A stretch of DNA of 64,000 nucleotides from Clostridiales bacterium (GTDB lineage: Bacteria; Bacillota; Clostridia; Christensenellales; CAG-314). Positions 47,789 through 56,026 of the stretch are shown one piece after another. Location of the stretch: contig JAFLVJ010000001.1 in NCBI GenBank assembly GCA_022508375.1, forward strand, positions 66,857-130,856, written 5' to 3'. The translations under genes were made by a program, and so were the position numbers. How positions within the stretch are numbered: the stretch's first letter is position 1; the number at the start of each line of letters is the position of its first letter. The notes beneath the pieces are model-generated. The model was not told the DNA's origin. It made no database searches and worked only from the letters and a program-made list of their open reading frames with translations.

Positions 47789-47797
47789 ATTATAGCA
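47789..47797 (-). promoter_or_regulatory. extended -10 promoter element for the regulator gene
   Basis: TGCTATAAT on the minus strand, with no good -35. It predicts a structured 5' UTR of about 175 nt. Confidence 0.45.
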
Positions 47798-48037
47798 CAC
47801 TAAATATGACAACAGTCTGTCAGTTTTTTTAAAATTGGCGGCTATTTTTTTCAAATTTTATATTTTTTTATTTAACGTTTACATACATCACTTTAACTCT
47901 TGGTACACTTATTTCATATTAACCTTCCTACTGTATAACTCATGCTCAATCAAATCACATTAAATTGGATAACTATCCGTCGGTTTTTTGCAATTTTACG
48001 CAAAAATTATTTGAAGGTCACAACATGTCGTAAATTG

Positions 48038-48066
48038 TTGAAATAAATATAAGTATTTGATATAAT
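48038..48066 (+). promoter_or_regulatory. sigma-A type promoter of the 599-aa surface protein gene
   Basis: TTGAAA, a 17-nt spacer, then TATAAT. Confidence 0.6.
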
Positions 48067-48091
48067 AGGAAACAATGGAGTTACAAACTAT

Positions 48092-49891
48092 ATGAAAAAA
48101 CTACTATGTATCTCAATAATATTACTGTTTATCTTTGTCGCCATTATTCCTGCGGTGGTTTTTGCCGCAAGCAGCACGGCGGAAGATATCGTTTATTTCC
48201 TCAACCCTACCGCTATCACTGCCATGGGCGACAGTCTGTTTATTGCAGATAGGATTGAGGAAAACAAAAGCGTTATCATGCGCTACGACGTAACGGAATC
48301 CGAGCCGATACTATCGGAAATATTCGAAGTGGATGGTTGCATAACCAACCTTGCTCAAAAGGATAACGGACTGTACGCTGTGTTTACGGACAAGATTGTC
48401 GAATACTCGACAAGTTTCAACGCACTTAACAGTTGGAGCATAGCAAACCCCATCGACGTTGTATATGGCACATACGGTTCGGACAAGACGGAATACGTCC
48501 TCAAGTCGGACGGTCTGCTTCGTCCGGGTACAGGCGGCAACACTATCAACTTCACTAACGGAATATCCTGCATTGCCATTGGCGACAGCTTGATGTACGC
48601 CTACAAGCAAGGCAACAGCACTTATTACGGCGAGTTCGATGGCAAAAATACCGTTTACCCCTCCAACTACAGTATAAGCAACTCCAACTCCAACGCTCAA
48701 TTGACAAGTCTTGCGCTAAAGGGAATGTTTATATGGAATGACAAGACGGCGTTGTTCACCGCTGATACTGTTGGCTACATTGTAGTTGGCGAAGTGTCTT
48801 GCGAATACGCAAGTCTGCTTGAGTACGACGAGGACTGTGATATCATTGACGCAACTGCGCAGGGTAGCAACCTGTACCTGCTAAACGACAACAACCAAAT
48901 AGAAGTGTTCGTGCAAAACGAACTGGGCAATTTCGACAAAACTGCTACCATCGGTAACGACGAATTGAACCAAAAAGAGCCAACCGTTTCGGAATTTAAG
49001 TCATTTACGCTTGTAAACAGCCTTGGCTATCCCACCAATATCGTGTTCAAAACAACGGGCGGAAACAGCATCGATAACATCATTACCGACGCTACGGAGT
49101 ACATTGTTATAGGATACGACGGCGAACAAAACAGCAATTTCTACTACGTACTTATAGGCGACAAATTCGGTTGGGTCAAGAAAAGCGACAACACCACCGA
49201 CGTCAACAATGACGAAGGACTCGCAGTGATTGACACATCGGTTAGCGGAAACGGCTTCAGCTACAAGGCGAAGTTTGTATCGTTAAACGCCGTTTATGTT
49301 TCGACGTTACCGCGACTTGCTTACTATGACAACGAAAGTTACCGCGTAACCTACCAGCAGTCATCCAACAATAAACTCGAAGTATCCGTTTTGCAAAGAT
49401 TTGACGAAGGTGAAATAGCCTGGTACTACGTGAGCTTCCTCTACGACGGGCAAACCTGCTACGGTTTTGTTCGCGACAAGGACATCAAGATGTATATAAC
49501 CTTCGGCAACGACAGCGACGTTGAGGTAATCGGCAACCGCAAGATAAATACACCGCTATTTTCAAGCGTTAAAGTGTACAACAACGGAAACCCCGCCACA
49601 ATGACGGAGGAAAACTACGCATACGATACTGAAGGAAAACAACTTAAACTATCCGCAGGTACGCGCGTTACACTCATAAGCGTTGACGACAACGGCGTGG
49701 CATTCATTCAAATAAAGAAAAGCAACTACTACGGATACGTTTACGCCGACAATCTTATTGAGACAGGCGCCATCACCACCAACGCTACCGTTGGCTTGAT
49801 ACTGCTTGCCGTGGCAATTGCGCTTGTTATTACACTTACGATCGTTTACCTTAGACGTATGAAACGTCGCAGAGAGGTCATCGGCGAATAA
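48092..49891 (+). CDS. 599-aa secreted beta-propeller-like plus SH3b-like protein with a C-terminal TM anchor
   Basis: Signal peptide, repetitive beta-rich N-terminal half, SH3-like modules (FYYVLIGDKFGWVKK, WYYVSFLYDGQTCYGFV, GYVYADNL) and a C-terminal TM plus RRMKRRRE. Confidence 0.65.
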   Translation: MKKLLCISIILLFIFVAIIPAVVFAASSTAEDIVYFLNPTAITAMGDSLFIADRIEENKSVIMRYDVTESEPILSEIFEVDGCITNLAQKDNGLYAVFTDKIVEYSTSFNALNSWSIANPIDVVYGTYGSDKTEYVLKSDGLLRPGTGGNTINFTNGISCIAIGDSLMYAYKQGNSTYYGEFDGKNTVYPSNYSISNSNSNAQLTSLALKGMFIWNDKTALFTADTVGYIVVGEVSCEYASLLEYDEDCDIIDATAQGSNLYLLNDNNQIEVFVQNELGNFDKTATIGNDELNQKEPTVSEFKSFTLVNSLGYPTNIVFKTTGGNSIDNIITDATEYIVIGYDGEQNSNFYYVLIGDKFGWVKKSDNTTDVNNDEGLAVIDTSVSGNGFSYKAKFVSLNAVYVSTLPRLAYYDNESYRVTYQQSSNNKLEVSVLQRFDEGEIAWYYVSFLYDGQTCYGFVRDKDIKMYITFGNDSDVEVIGNRKINTPLFSSVKVYNNGNPATMTEENYAYDTEGKQLKLSAGTRVTLISVDDNGVAFIQIKKSNYYGYVYADNLIETGAITTNATVGLILLAVAIALVITLTIVYLRRMKRRREVIGE

Positions 49892-49897
49892 CGTTGT

Positions 49898-49978
49898 AAC
49901 TCGCGTATTGCAAAAAAGGTTCCGCACTGCGCTTACGCTGCGTTCCCATTACGGAGTCACTTTTTCGTAACACACTTG
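49898..49978 (+). repeat. family B palindromic repeat, copy B4 (degenerate outer arms)
   Basis: ...GCAAAAAAGGTTCCGCACTGCGCTTACGCTGCGTTCCCATTACGGAGTCACTTTTTCGTAACAC. Confidence 0.7.
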
Positions 49979-50060
49979 TTACCGACAATGCGGTCTGCAC
50001 ACTTAATTAAATAATAATTTTTTATTGTGCCTAATAAATAAAAAAAATTATGAAATACGA

Positions 50061-50092
50061 AAAAGGCTTCCCTTCATTGGGAAGTCTTTTTA
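50061..50092. terminator. bidirectional terminator hairpin
   Basis: AAAAAGGCTTCCC-TTCATT-GGGAAGTCTTTTT. Confidence 0.65.
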
Positions 50093-50172
50093 TTTGTTTA
50101 TGTTATGTTGTACACTTTAACGCAGTATTGCGCCGCTATATAATACGCAAATTGAATATTTCTCAATTACCC

Positions 50173-50299
50173 GATGACGGGGCTAGAAACAAGCAAGACA
50201 AGGCAAAGGAGCACTTTCAAGGGGAGTGTACTTAGGCGTACACGACCCGAAGAAAAGCGCACTTTAACGCAGTATTGCGCCGTTTATAGCCCCGTCATC
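50173..50299 (+). repeat. family A structured intergenic repeat, copy A5
   Basis: Perfect 13-bp closing stem GATGACGGGGCTA/TAGCCCCGTCATC. The core is TAGAAACAAGCAAGACAAGGCAAAGG...GTGTAC-TTAGGC-GTACAC. It overlaps the last 12 codons of the next gene. Confidence 0.75.
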
Positions 50300-50914
50300 A
50301 CTGATAAGGGTGATTTTGCTTACAGATACCTCATACGCCGTACGCGTAACCACGGTGTCGTCGTTGAGCTTCTTTTGATACTCGCGCGATTGAACACGTC
50401 CCACCACGTTGACGTGCTCACCTACGGCAAGCGACGATGCAAAGCGGGCATTGCGTCCCCACACAATACAGGGTATGTAATCACTCTTGTTGTACTGGCG
50501 GTTTACGGCAATGAGCAAATCGCAAATTTCACGGTTGAATGGCGTTGTGCGATAAATGGGCGGCTTGCACACGAATCCCGTCAGCTCCAACGTATTTGGG
50601 TTGATGGTCTCGTCATAAGGCAACACGTCGCGCGCAAAAACCGTCAGCATAAGCTTGCTTTTGTCCTCGATCATCTTGTTGTAACTGCGAAATTGCCCCG
50701 AAACGGTAACCTCGCATCCCTCGCGAAAACTATCGGACAAAAGATGCTCGGATACGGAAACAGGTAGCAGGTCCTCCATGCCTGAAAGGCGTTTTACTGC
50801 TAGCGTAACCTCGTAAAATTTCTCTCCGAAAATCTCGTGTGAGTAAACGGGCTCATGTTGTACCCTTCCGCAAAGCGTTACGCTGTTGTTGTGCGTGTTT
50901 TCCGTTGTGATCAT
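50264..50914 (-). CDS. tandem double OB-fold, SSB-like protein
   Basis: Two internal repeats follow the pattern N.V.L.G.V...P...H...G..FY...L.V.R.SG..D.LPV...VSG..RS, which is typical of short SSB-like OB folds. There is no acidic SSB tail. Confidence 0.5.
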   Translation of the reverse strand: MITTENTHNNSVTLCGRVQHEPVYSHEIFGEKFYEVTLAVKRLSGMEDLLPVSVSEHLLSDSFREGCEVTVSGQFRSYNKMIEDKSKLMLTVFARDVLPYDETINPNTLELTGFVCKPPIYRTTPFNREICDLLIAVNRQYNKSDYIPCIVWGRNARFASSLAVGEHVNVVGRVQSREYQKKLNDDTVVTRTAYEVSVSKITLISDDGAINGAILR

Positions 50915-50938
50915 AATATTAACTCTCCCTTTGTGTAT

Positions 50939-51688
50939 TCAAACGTTGTTCGCAGCCGTCGTGTCGCGTATTTGCTTGCCGGTGTTATCTATGTAGTAAT
51001 TGTCCTTGTAGATGAGCTCTCCAATTGGACAAAACTTTAATCCTTTTAACTGTAACGCTTCAAAAATCAACGGCAACGCTTCCACTATGTGGTCGCTGTT
51101 GTTATGACACAGTATCACGTCGCCGCTTGTCGCCTTTTGAACGCGTTCGGCAATTTGTCGTGCAGTAAGCCCCTTCCAGTCCAAGCTGTCTATGCTCCAC
51201 TGCACTGTATATAACCCCAATCCCTTGGCTACAGCAAGCAGTTGATTGTTGTAGTCGCCAAATGGCGGTCGAAATAGCGTGACGGGTTTACCTGTAATTT
51301 CAAATATCTTTTTGCTACTATTAACCAATTCATCTCGGCATTGGCTTTCGCTGAGTTTGCTCATTTGTGGGTGCGTTGCGCTGTGGGTACCTATTTCGAA
51401 ACCGCGCAAGGCAATCTCGCCCACCATTTCGGGATATTTATCCACCCAAAATCCCACCAGAAAAAACGTCGCCTTGACGTTGTAGCGGTCGCATACGTCC
51501 ATAATCTGTCTAGTTTTGTCCGCGCCCCAAGCGGCGTCGAAGCTTATGGAAACATAGTTATCATCCCTGTCCACGCAGTATATGGGGACTTCCTTTTTGT
51601 TGGCGAAAGCCTGAGCATAACCACCCATTCCGCATACCAACAATACACATACCAACGTCACCGATACAGCAATCAAGGTTTGTTTCAT
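50939..51688 (-). CDS. polysaccharide deacetylase (NodB/CE4 family), membrane-anchored or secreted
   Basis: SFDAAWGAD, ATFFLVG, THSATHP and LCHNN motifs, with an N-terminal signal/TM segment. Confidence 0.88.
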   Translation of the reverse strand: MKQTLIAVSVTLVCVLLVCGMGGYAQAFANKKEVPIYCVDRDDNYVSISFDAAWGADKTRQIMDVCDRYNVKATFFLVGFWVDKYPEMVGEIALRGFEIGTHSATHPQMSKLSESQCRDELVNSSKKIFEITGKPVTLFRPPFGDYNNQLLAVAKGLGLYTVQWSIDSLDWKGLTARQIAERVQKATSGDVILCHNNSDHIVEALPLIFEALQLKGLKFCPIGELIYKDNYYIDNTGKQIRDTTAANNV

Positions 51689-51927
51689 ATCAATTACCTA
51701 CTCCAAACAGTAAATTGACAACAAACGAAGATGATTTTACAAGATGAGCGTATTGTAACACACAAGACAAAGCGCTCCCTGACAACTACTGTCATTTATT
51801 GTCTGTTTATAGTGTATTTTATTTGTAAAACAGTAAAAATATGTCACAAAAAAAGGCTCCCCTTACATAAAGAGAAACCTTTTTAACCATTAAATTGTGA
51901 CCGATATTAAACAACCGCAGCAAAGTA

Positions 51928-52009
51928 GGCGAGTATGTTCCGAAAAAGTGACCCGTCAGGGGAACGTAGCGCAAGCGCAGTGCGGAATCTGTTTCGGAAT
52001 ATACGAGCC
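51928..52009 (-). repeat. family B palindromic repeat, copy B5
   Basis: Reverse complement GGCTCGTATATTCCGAAACAGATTCCGCACTGCGCTTGCGCTACGTTCCCCTGACGGGTCACTTTTTCGGAACATACTCGCC. Confidence 0.8.
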
Positions 52010-52014
52010 TAAGC

Positions 52015-53712
52015 CTAAAAGTCGAAGTCGAACTTCTTACCCGAATTGCGGCGTTCGGGCGTATTGTACACAAATTTATCATCCAATGGATTACTTGAAC
52101 AAACGTATGCACTTTCCACCGCTTGCGGAAGATTACTAAATTCCTTGCACTGATAGTAACGCTCCAACTTGCTGAACAGCACGTAACCGCAATTTGCCTC
52201 GGTGACGATACACTCGCCCACAGCAAGGCTGGATAACGCGCTCTTGGGGACCAATGAAATCGTTTCGACTTGGTAAGTTTCAATTTCCTCCTTGCTACCG
52301 TTTAATGCACTTACGGGTGCGATTCGGGTAAACTCTCCGCACTCGGTACTGAATTCCTTAAGCGTTAGCGGATTATTGCTTCCTATAAACACGTGAACGT
52401 TGAGGTTATCGCGTATGATTTCCGCCACGTCCTTACCGTAAACGTTATTCAGCTGCGCGTAGCTTTGCAGTATCAATATGAAGAAAATGTTTCGACCACC
52501 GCAGGCGGATATGACTGTTTCGAAGTCGGTGATTGCGGGGAAGTTGCCAAATTCGTCCAAGATGAAGTAAAACGGAACATCAAGCTTGCCAGTCGGACGG
52601 TTATTGGCGTATTCGATAAGAAAGTTGTACGCACTTTGAATGAGCGCCGATATCACCTGGTAATGCGCCTTCAGCTCATCGCGGTACGATATAAATATCG
52701 CTATCGGTCTGTCACTTACCATTTCGCCGAAATCAAAGCTGTTGCAACTGGTAATCAGACGCACTTCACCGCTTTTATATACCGACATCTTGGCGTTAAA
52801 TGTGCTTACTATGCACTTGCGAGTGTTGGGAGCATTTTCCAAAATGCAGTTTTTGGCAATTGTATAGGCACGGGAATCTTTCTTACGGCTGGAAAAGTAA
52901 CCGTTGTCGTTGTAACGAGTTTCGTTACCGTCGCGCATTGAGTCCATGATGGCAAGCAACGTACGGAAGGAAAAAGTTTCCTCAGTAATGGGAGCAGTTC
53001 CGTCCGTAGGCTTCGTATCCTCAAGCATAGCCCAGATACCTGCGCGAAGCAAATCCCTTGCCGAATCCTCCCAGTAGGGGTCGGTGTTTTTTTCGGTGGA
53101 AATTATACGCAAAGCGAGATTGTCGATTTCGTTTCCGACATCCTCCATTGCTATCTTTTTAAGCTGCTCTACCGCTCTGTCTAGCTTGACCTGACTTTCG
53201 TACACCACACCCTGAAAACGATTGCGAGCGCCGTTTGACGTTTCCACTATTTCGATTTCATCTTCCATGTTGCACGCCCGCATATATTTCTTGAATATGG
53301 GGGTTAACGGATTCCAACATTCGGAGTGAAGAAAATCACGAAAGTTGAACAGCTTTACGTTGTACCCTTCGGCGCGAAGCGTTTCACTTAGATTGCGGTA
53401 CAATTCGCCTTTCGGGTCGGATATAATCATAGAGCGCTTTTCCTTTTGATGGGCGTAGGACAGTATTGTCGGAACTACGTACTGGGTCGTTTTGCCCAAA
53501 CGGGTTGCTGCAATTACTCCAACGTGGTTTTCCTGCTTGGAGTAGGTTTGCAGCAGCTGTCCGTTGACGTATCTGCTGGCTTTTAGCACACCGCTAACCT
53601 TTTTGCGATGAAGCTCATCGTATGCAACGGTGTTTTCGAAGTCGCCAGACATGTCCTTGTAATGCAAAAGCTTGGTGTTTTCGTATCCACGAAGTATATC
53701 ATTGTAGTTCAT
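52015..53712 (-). CDS. soluble TraG/VirD4-like type IV coupling-protein-family ATPase (no TM segments)
   Basis: Walker A AATRLGKTT, SDPKGELY, Walker B FYFILDEFGNF, and ILQSYAQLNNVYG of the TraG-D_C/T4CP family. Its ATG overlaps the upstream stop (ATGA). Confidence 0.75.
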   Translation of the reverse strand: MNYNDILRGYENTKLLHYKDMSGDFENTVAYDELHRKKVSGVLKASRYVNGQLLQTYSKQENHVGVIAATRLGKTTQYVVPTILSYAHQKEKRSMIISDPKGELYRNLSETLRAEGYNVKLFNFRDFLHSECWNPLTPIFKKYMRACNMEDEIEIVETSNGARNRFQGVVYESQVKLDRAVEQLKKIAMEDVGNEIDNLALRIISTEKNTDPYWEDSARDLLRAGIWAMLEDTKPTDGTAPITEETFSFRTLLAIMDSMRDGNETRYNDNGYFSSRKKDSRAYTIAKNCILENAPNTRKCIVSTFNAKMSVYKSGEVRLITSCNSFDFGEMVSDRPIAIFISYRDELKAHYQVISALIQSAYNFLIEYANNRPTGKLDVPFYFILDEFGNFPAITDFETVISACGGRNIFFILILQSYAQLNNVYGKDVAEIIRDNLNVHVFIGSNNPLTLKEFSTECGEFTRIAPVSALNGSKEEIETYQVETISLVPKSALSSLAVGECIVTEANCGYVLFSKLERYYQCKEFSNLPQAVESAYVCSSNPLDDKFVYNTPERRNSGKKFDFDF

Positions 53713-55334
53713 TTTGAGTAACCTCCAAAACCGTAAGCGTTGCGCGAGTTGCCTTTGAGAATCTTTTCGTACGGCTTAAACAGCTCCGCCGTGATGACGG
53801 TAAACTTGCTGTTGAAGCGCTGTTCGCTAAACAACTTGTCCAGGGCACGCTCAATAGCGTTGGGTGAACAGTTACACAGCATATCTACAACATCCTTGTC
53901 AGCCGAAATGGGCTTAGTCATATACAGTTTGCTCTTTTTGTCAAGCAGAACCTTGACGATATCTTGTTTTTCTTCCGCGCTGATATCCGCAAGATTAACA
54001 CACTCGACGCTGTTACCAAGCTTAGTTGCGTTAGCTTCGTCACACACACAAATGGGCAGTATAGGACTGAGATCCAACGTTACGCGTGGAGTGTTCAAAC
54101 GAAAACGACGGCGCTTTGCGCTGTTAAGGAAGCTTTTGACGTGACCGATTGCGGTGTTGTCAACATCACCCTTGAGCGTAAGTATGTAAACGTTGTTTTT
54201 GTCGTCGTTGCAGCTACGCACGAAAACGTTGCTTGCCGTCGGATCGAAGTCGTAAGGTTTGAGGTCGGCAACGTCGATACGTTCGCAGTGATTTGCGGAT
54301 ACAGCAGACACTATTGCTTCAAGATAAGCTTCCAATACGTATCCCGATTCGCTCACCAGACACAGCGGACGGTAGCCGTCATGCTGACGTAGGTCGGAGT
54401 TGCGTAACTTGGTCTTGATGTCGCTTTGCTCCTGCTTGCGCTTGAGGGGCATTGATTGTAGCGAATCGAGATTGAGGGATAAATCGTTGTAACTGAGTTT
54501 TAGCGGGAGGTCACATACTTCCGACAGTATTGCTTTGTTATCGGAAAACAGCACCTTTTCCTTGTCTTTGATGTCGATGGCGTTGCCGAATATCAGCCTT
54601 GCGCACATTGGTTGAAACGCTTCGGATTTAACCTTGTTGGACGCAACACCCTTTTTAAGCAATGCAATTTCCTGACTTTTACATGTGTGTTTTATACCGC
54701 AGTTTTGCTCAACTGTTTCAAGCAAATATTCAAAGTTGCTGTTTTCAACAGTTGCAGCAAGGCGGTTTAAGCACTCTTGTAGCGCAACTGTATCGTTACT
54801 TGCGTAGAGGTAACGGGTTAGTGCAAGCAAGCTTACAAGGTCTGCCCACTGTCCTGCTTTGTTGAGGTTTTTAAGTCCGATATCCAATTGCTTATCCACA
54901 AAGATACCTTCGCATTGCAGTGTACCAAGCAGGCGCATTGCAACTATGTTACCTGCCAATGCTGTATCGCTTAGAGCCTTGCATATTTGCGCTTGCGTAG
55001 CATTTGCGTCCGCAGCCAAGTTGTTGCTCAAGGCAAGCTTTATGGCCTTGCTCTTGATGGACACCATTTCCTGCATGTCATCATCTACAAGCGTGTATTC
55101 GTTCAACTCGCAGTACTGACGTATGCGGCTATAACGCATTGCGTCACCGTAGGTTACAATTTCCTTGATCGGTTCATCTTCCGAAAGCTTGAATAGATAG
55201 TCTTTGCTTGCTTGCGGAATGTAAAATAAATCTGCAAGGTAATTGAATACTCTTACCTTGTCGCAGTACTTGCCCAGTGCCGATGCGTACAAAAAGTACT
55301 GGGCAAGAAATGTTTCATTAACTATATTGATCAT
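53709..55334 (-). CDS. 541-aa protein with a Sel1-like repeat and an uncharacterised C-terminal domain
   Basis: AGNIVAMRLLGTLQCEGIFVDKQLDIGLKNLNKAGQWADLVSLLAL fits the Sel1 repeat pattern. The C-terminal half has AAA-lid-like spacing but no P-loop (tentative). The ATG at 55334 lies 9 nt after GGAGGTG. Confidence 0.6.
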   Translation of the reverse strand: MINIVNETFLAQYFLYASALGKYCDKVRVFNYLADLFYIPQASKDYLFKLSEDEPIKEIVTYGDAMRYSRIRQYCELNEYTLVDDDMQEMVSIKSKAIKLALSNNLAADANATQAQICKALSDTALAGNIVAMRLLGTLQCEGIFVDKQLDIGLKNLNKAGQWADLVSLLALTRYLYASNDTVALQECLNRLAATVENSNFEYLLETVEQNCGIKHTCKSQEIALLKKGVASNKVKSEAFQPMCARLIFGNAIDIKDKEKVLFSDNKAILSEVCDLPLKLSYNDLSLNLDSLQSMPLKRKQEQSDIKTKLRNSDLRQHDGYRPLCLVSESGYVLEAYLEAIVSAVSANHCERIDVADLKPYDFDPTASNVFVRSCNDDKNNVYILTLKGDVDNTAIGHVKSFLNSAKRRRFRLNTPRVTLDLSPILPICVCDEANATKLGNSVECVNLADISAEEKQDIVKVLLDKKSKLYMTKPISADKDVVDMLCNCSPNAIERALDKLFSEQRFNSKFTVITAELFKPYEKILKGNSRNAYGFGGYSK

Positions 55335-55341
55335 TGCGATA

Positions 55342-55920
55342 CTACACCTCCTTGTCAAGTTGCTTTTTTGCCTTGTTTTTGCAAGGGATTACAGTGTCGA
55401 TAAGACCGTACTCCAGCGCTTCCTGCGCCGTCATACTTTTGTCTCGGTCGGTATCGATATTGATTTGGCGAATACTCTTGCCGGTATTTTCCGACAAAAT
55501 CGTGTTTAGACGCTTGCGCATGCGCTCAATGTGGTTGGCGGCGATAATTATATCGCTGGCTTGACCTTGCGCACCACCCAAAGGCTGGTGAATCAGTATG
55601 TCGCAGTTTTCGGTTGCTCTGCGGTAGCCGCGGCTTCCTGCGGACAACAAAAAAGCACCCATACTGGCTGCCCTTCCAATTCCAACTGTGACGATACGCG
55701 CTTTGATAAAGTTCATCGTATCGTATATCGCGAGACCTGCACTTACACTACCACCGGGCGAATTGATTTGAATGGTAATTTCTTCTGCGCCGTTGTCATC
55801 GAGATATTGTAATTGGGAAATGACCAATTCAGCCATTACGTCGTCAATAACACCGAAAATATTTACGGTATTACGCTTCAAGCTGTAATCCAACGAAAAA
55901 TCTTCTTTGCACTTTATCAT
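55342..55920 (-). CDS. clpP: ClpP-family serine protease paralog with a divergent N-terminus
   Basis: INSPGGSVSAGLAIYDTM, AASMGAFLL (Ser), IHQPLGGAQGQASD (His) and DTDRD (Asp) are all present. The canonical N-terminal axial-loop sequence is replaced. The ATG at 55920 lies 8 nt after GGTGGTGA. Confidence 0.85.
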   Translation of the reverse strand: MIKCKEDFSLDYSLKRNTVNIFGVIDDVMAELVISQLQYLDDNGAEEITIQINSPGGSVSAGLAIYDTMNFIKARIVTVGIGRAASMGAFLLSAGSRGYRRATENCDILIHQPLGGAQGQASDIIIAANHIERMRKRLNTILSENTGKSIRQINIDTDRDKSMTAQEALEYGLIDTVIPCKNKAKKQLDKEV

Positions 55921-56026
55921 TTTGATTCTCACCACCTTTAAAAAATATTGTTTAGTACACGAAAAACGCGTTTTCGCACCTTGTGCGTTTCGCCCTAAAT
56001 TGCGCGTTTTTACGCCTTACATCTAT

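Noticed and set aside
51819-52283. 154-aa minus-strand ORF overlapping the 3' end of the T4CP-like gene and repeat B5
   Set aside because: It is out of frame with the well-supported T4CP ORF and reads through a palindromic repeat. It has no RBS.
55936-56026. Three AAACGC repeats in the clpP-like 5' UTR as additional copies of the 12-nt motif
   Set aside because: Only 6-9 nt are shared (AAACGCGCA). At that length, matches are expected by chance in 64 kb. I note it under the promoter feature only.
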